A stretch of DNA of 64,000 nucleotides from NCBI GenBank assembly GCA_973895155.1, contig OZ316898.1:250751-314750 (forward strand), read 5' to 3'. The notes beneath the pieces were generated by a model, which was not told the DNA's origin, searched no databases, and was given only the letters and a program-made list of their open reading frames with translations. Position 1 is the first letter of the stretch, and each line of letters opens with the position of its first letter. The stretch is from Marsupella aquatica (lineage: Eukaryota > Plantae > Marchantiophyta). Positions 59,801 through 64,000 of the stretch are shown here, in pieces. A program made the position numbers and the translations under genes.

Positions 59801-61312
59801 GCCCAGCTCGACCAGACTTATGCCAAGATGAATAACATGGAGTCTGAGGTCGTAGCGGAGCTCGACAAGGAGCTAAGAGCAACCCGGGAGGAGAGGGCTA
59901 CCACCAAGAAGGAATTGGAGGAAGCCCACAGGGAATTGGAGGAAGCCAAAAACGAGCTGGAGAAGGCACGTAAGGACCTGGATGAGACCCAAGAGGAGTT
60001 GGAGGAAATCACGAGGAAGATGGAGAACCTACAGCGGCGGGCCAACAACCAAACTGAGCGGTTGAAGAAACAAGCCGCAGTATTTAAATGCTTAGCTGCA
60101 TCAGGTCCATCTCCCGTTGGGGCAAACCAGTTACCAGGGGTGGTAATTACCGAAGGACCAGCCGTATCCCAGATCCACCTCTTGAGCAGGCCGGGGAGAC
60201 AGTGGCTGAAGCCGAGGCTGAGGCCGTAGTCGAGAATGAATCCTGAGCCGATGCCGAAGCCGAGGGTGGGCCCAGTCAGGCCGATGAAAAGTTGACTCGG
60301 TCAGAGGCAGGTAATCTGTCAGAGGACGGACCAACGGCAGTGGTTGCGGAGGAAGCATTGGGGGCGTCCATTGAGGATCCACCACCGGTGTTGTGACGGT
60401 GCAAGGGCGCCGTTCCTTTTAGGAAGGGCGGACGTGGAGGTAGGAGGCGTGAGTGGGCAGGGCGGGCGCTGATCTCCAAGTTTAGGATTAGGATCAGGAC
60501 CAGGAGCGGCCCTGACACTTAGCTTAGTGGGATTGCGGTTCCACTGGTAGGAGCAACACTTGTGCTCCTGCCTTGCTGTACATAGGTAGATTCGGGCAGG
60601 TAGATTACTGTTAGGTAGATTAGGCTTACGCTGCAAAGAATTAGGCGGATCCACTACCAGGATAAGTACCTGGGCAGCGGGGAGCTCAGGGCCTCTTCTT
60701 TAGCAAGTTTTTAGTTTGCACCAGCCGGGCTGGGATCAAGTAGTAAGAGAAGCTCTCGGTTAGTCATACCGTGACCTTGTGTATATTCATGTTTCCTCAT
60801 GCCTAAGAGCTGAATAGAGTTGGCCTCACGGCTTAGTTCGCAGAGCTTGTGTATGAGATGTACTGTTTGTATGGCAAGTGCATGGTATGACTCAGTCAGA
60901 AGGAGTCATTTTGCTATTTGTGTGTCGCATTAACTTGTGTGAAGAGTGCCCACATCAACCAGAAGGAAGGAAAGTAAGCAAGGGAGTGGGAGTTGGATGT
61001 GTCAAGCTGAGAGAGGTCTTAGCGGCTTAACCAAGCCTATTGGGGATCATTCCGGCGGCGGAATCCAAACATACCTAACCAGAAGGAGAGGAAGACAAGG
61101 GAAGGCCTAGATTAGGCCGGCTACGTATCTCATGACCCGATGAAGGATCTGTCCAGTATATGTGTGTAAAAGGCTAATAGTAATAGTAGAAGGAGGTTAG
61201 CAACGTCCCATGCCGCTAAGCCGCGGAAACGGCCTCGCCAAGCGCGAAACCTGTGGGAATCGGCTTGCGCTGGGGGGTTTCTTGGGTTTAGGGAGCCATG
61301 GGACGCACCACA
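56887..61312 (+). mobile_element. Solo LTR of the B family (copy D), 4426 bp, TSD ACAAG
   Basis: TGTGATGC...GCACCACA; ACAAG at 56882-56886 and 61313-61317; same termini as the element B 5' LTR. Confidence 0.95.
57002..60396 (+). pseudogene. LTR-encoded accessory ORF (D copy; ancestrally about 1150-1200 codons: accessory domain, low-complexity linker, long coiled coil, acidic tail)
   Basis: ORFs at 57002, 57389, 58520, 58706, 59174 and 59477 are all in one frame, broken by single stops; late frameshifting deletion near 60160. Confidence 0.88.
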
Positions 61313-62154
61313 ACAAGCTAGTACGCTATTTGGACAAGCTATGTTATTTGGGCCATGAGCATGTCCGGGGGGCAGGGTGGTCGGCCAGTGACAAATAGGA
61401 AGTGGCAAAGCACGAGCTACACCCAAAGAGGGGCTGTTCTGGACAAACAATAGATGGTGGCTCTGACTTCGGCTTATGGCAAGGCCATGCGGGCCCGGGA
61501 GGTTCTATTCGCTGACATATTTACCAATGTTTAATTTGTTGAGCTTGAGTTAGGATGCTAGTCTTGGAGGGCCTAGATCCTTTAGGTTACTTATCGAGGT
61601 GTTTGGTTGCTTGTGTAGACAGTGAGGATTGTTGAGCGACAATCGTGTTAGGGAGCAAGTGCGGCTTTGTATGGGAGTGGCCATTGGGGATGCAAGGGAC
61701 ATCAAGTTGCTTGCTCAAGGAATTTCGTGGAGGCATTTGGGAACCAAGGGCACTTAGACGAGGGCGCTGGGTGGCAAGGTCCATCACTGCAAACTGTTCC
61801 CAACTGCACATATAAACCCTAAACTCCTAATCTACTAATTGGTCCAGGGTAAGTGACACAATATTGCCCATGTCACAATAGGCCGTGGAGGTGGGTTGAA
61901 AAATGATTTACAGTCCCGACAATTCAATCATTGAAAGATTGTGCACAAGTTTTCACACAAGAGACCAAAGTCATTACTTTTATTAACAAAATTGGAAAAA
62001 CAAGTTGGGAAGCTTAGAGTGAGGAAAGCTCTACCACAAAATCAGATCCTCTAAGCCTGCTAGGTATTTGTGATACACCTGAGGCGCTACAAGTTGAGAA
62101 GCTTTAACTCAACATTTGGCACAAAATCAGACTGGCCAAGTCTAAGCCTAGGCA

Positions 62155-62581
62155 CTATTTGTTATACACCTTCATGCTTCCAGGCTGCTTGTGAGAGTAT
62201 GACACAGCAAGGAGATTCTCAATAGTGGTCTTCCACTTGTTCACATTACAGGGCACCCACTTATGAGTGTCATACAAAACAAACCCACTCTTTCCACTGA
62301 TAGTGTCCAGGTAGAAGAGTTCTGCCACTACCAGACAATCACTCTCCTCCCTAAAACAATAACACATGTCTCCGTCTTAGAACTTTTTGCCTTCTCCTAG
62401 AATTTTAGCTGGATTTCCTAACTGGATTCTCTGTTGCTGACCAAACTCACAATCTTCAAAATGAAAAGCATATGTTCAGCCAATGTTCTCCACATTCCAA
62501 AGCTCAAACTGAGTGCACAGTATCCAGGCCCTATCCATATCTAGCCTAGTGGAAGATACAAGCTGGAACTTCCACTTTGCA
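62155..62581 (-). pseudogene. Possible decayed coding exon, product unidentified
   Basis: Protein-like frame (KWKFQLVSSTRLDMDRAW...DGDMCYCFREESDC...) with two stops; GTAAGT donor upstream near 63030. Confidence 0.25.
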
Positions 62582-64000
62582 TTGGTGAGGAAGGTGTGAT
62601 ATTAGTGTAGGTAGTCTTTTATAGCATACATATGAGGTGAAACAATAAGATTGGATCTAGTTTGTGATTGGAGCCCTGCAAAAGAAAGAAAGTTTCAGAA
62701 AAGCATACACATACAAAACCTCCACAACACACATGACCTCCACAACACACATGATGAAGAGGCACAGTTAAATCAGCACACCCAGCCCACGGAGGCCGGA
62801 ATGCAGCCTGGAACAACCCGCTTGCGCCTACAATGTGCATGTCTTAAAGCGAAGGTTCTTCATTGCCCGCATTTGAACTTTGAAGCACAGCATACTGTGT
62901 ACACTCTCGAAGGAGTGTTGACAGAAGGGATAAGAAACGCAAAGGCCGATTGAAAGTCACGGAAAGGCTCAAGGACTGAGATGCTGTCGAGTTCCCTACT
63001 GACATTGATGGTAACATCGTAAGCACTTACCTGTGAAAGCTCTGAGTGGTATGCTCCGCTTAGTCGCCTTCAATCTTAGTCGACAGTTTAGACTTCTATC
63101 GTGATTTGCGCTGACCTCTCCTGTGGTTATAGGACTTGCTCACAACTTTTTATATCACCATAAAAACCTTGTGCATCCGTTCTCCACCTCACGGTATGGC
63201 CGCGGCCTTCATTCCTCAATGTCTCTGGCGAACGAAGCACTTCAGCCTTCTCGATTATGAAGCCCGCTTTGTCGGCTATTTTGAATTTTGAACAACACTT
63301 AGGACCCTACACAGTTGATGCGGGAGTCGACTTAAGGGCTCATGGTGGTTTGGAACAGGGCGGACGGAATAGACCTAAAGAAGACGCGTGTATCAAATTG
63401 GATGGAGACTGACCCATGGTTCACCCTCGTCCATCCTGGGTTAACCACATACGGAAACAGTGGGAGTATTGTTAATTGCCACATCTTTAGTGTCAATGTA
63501 GTTAAAAGCTGTTAAGTTTTATCCGAGTGATGCAGATAGTTGTGGCTATAGAGAATACTTAGGACATCATCGTGCGGTAGATCTGTTCCTTTACCTCACC
63601 TCAATTGGATCAGCGGCAAAACTGTTTGAAGAAACTGTTATAAGACGGGAGATATCGCAGTTCGGATTTGGGATAGCGCAGTTCGGCTCACTTAGCTGGG
63701 CTCAGTTCAGCTGAATTCCAAGTGATAGATCAAGGTTTGTGCGAGGAAATTCGAGAGACAGATGCGCTCAAACAGTGTCTCTTCTCAGGGTTCCCCCTCC
63801 TCGCCACCGAGATCTCTACTTGAATCCAAAAAGATCCCCGGGGGCTATCCCAAATCCCGGGCTGTCACAAGCTAACAATGCTTGTAGAATTCACAACCTG
63901 CTAAGAATTACACGTCGTAGCTCATTATTTAATGTTGCTTTACTTGGGAGCTGGTAGCGAGCTGTGTATAGCTGCATGCTGACGAATCCAGTGATCCCTA

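Noticed and set aside
59477-60229. Host myosin/SMC-like coiled-coil gene
   Set aside because: It lies within a TSD-bounded solo LTR and recurs in copies B and C
40758-61860. Outer element bounded by TGTGTCA...TGACACA
   Set aside because: No matching TSD at either candidate boundary; the segments 40100-41970, 56365-56886 and 61318-61860 remain unassigned repeat-like DNA
63664-63858. 14-bp inverted repeat GGATTTGGGATAGC/GCTATCCCAAATCC as a MITE
   Set aside because: No TSD or clear termini found; too little evidence near the window end

Overview
The window is almost entirely nested transposable elements from a plant genome (inferred from the plant-type primer-binding sites, the CACTA element and an EDM2-like capture; a non-seed plant is possible but unproven). 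From left to right: (A) a young, apparently intact Athila-like Ty3/gypsy element (1-12611) with gag-PR, RT-RH-INT and two extra 3' ORFs; (B) a related minus-strand gypsy element (12612-19828) into whose RT element A is inserted; (G, F) older LTR-element remnants; a 17.15-kb CACTA transposon (22941-40093, TSD AAC) with TnpD- and TnpA-like genes plus F-box, tandem-BRCT and EDM2-like PHD cargo; (E) a decayed gypsy element (41973-49460); further copies of the B-family LTR, including a TSD-bounded 4.4-kb solo LTR (56887-61312); two 8-bp-TSD MITEs; and another solo LTR. Three observations stand out. (1) The 4-4.6-kb LTRs of two families each carry one ancestral ~880-1200-codon ORF, homologous to the accessory ORF that element A keeps internally between two polypurine tracts, so these are protein-coding LTRs. 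(2) Related elements show different recoding signals at the PR/RT junction: TGA-CAATTA readthrough in A, and a GGAUUUU -1 slippery site with a pseudoknot in B. (3) The CACTA element carries a chromatin-reader, DNA-damage and ubiquitin-adaptor cargo set. All domain calls are by-eye motif recognition; no database search was run.
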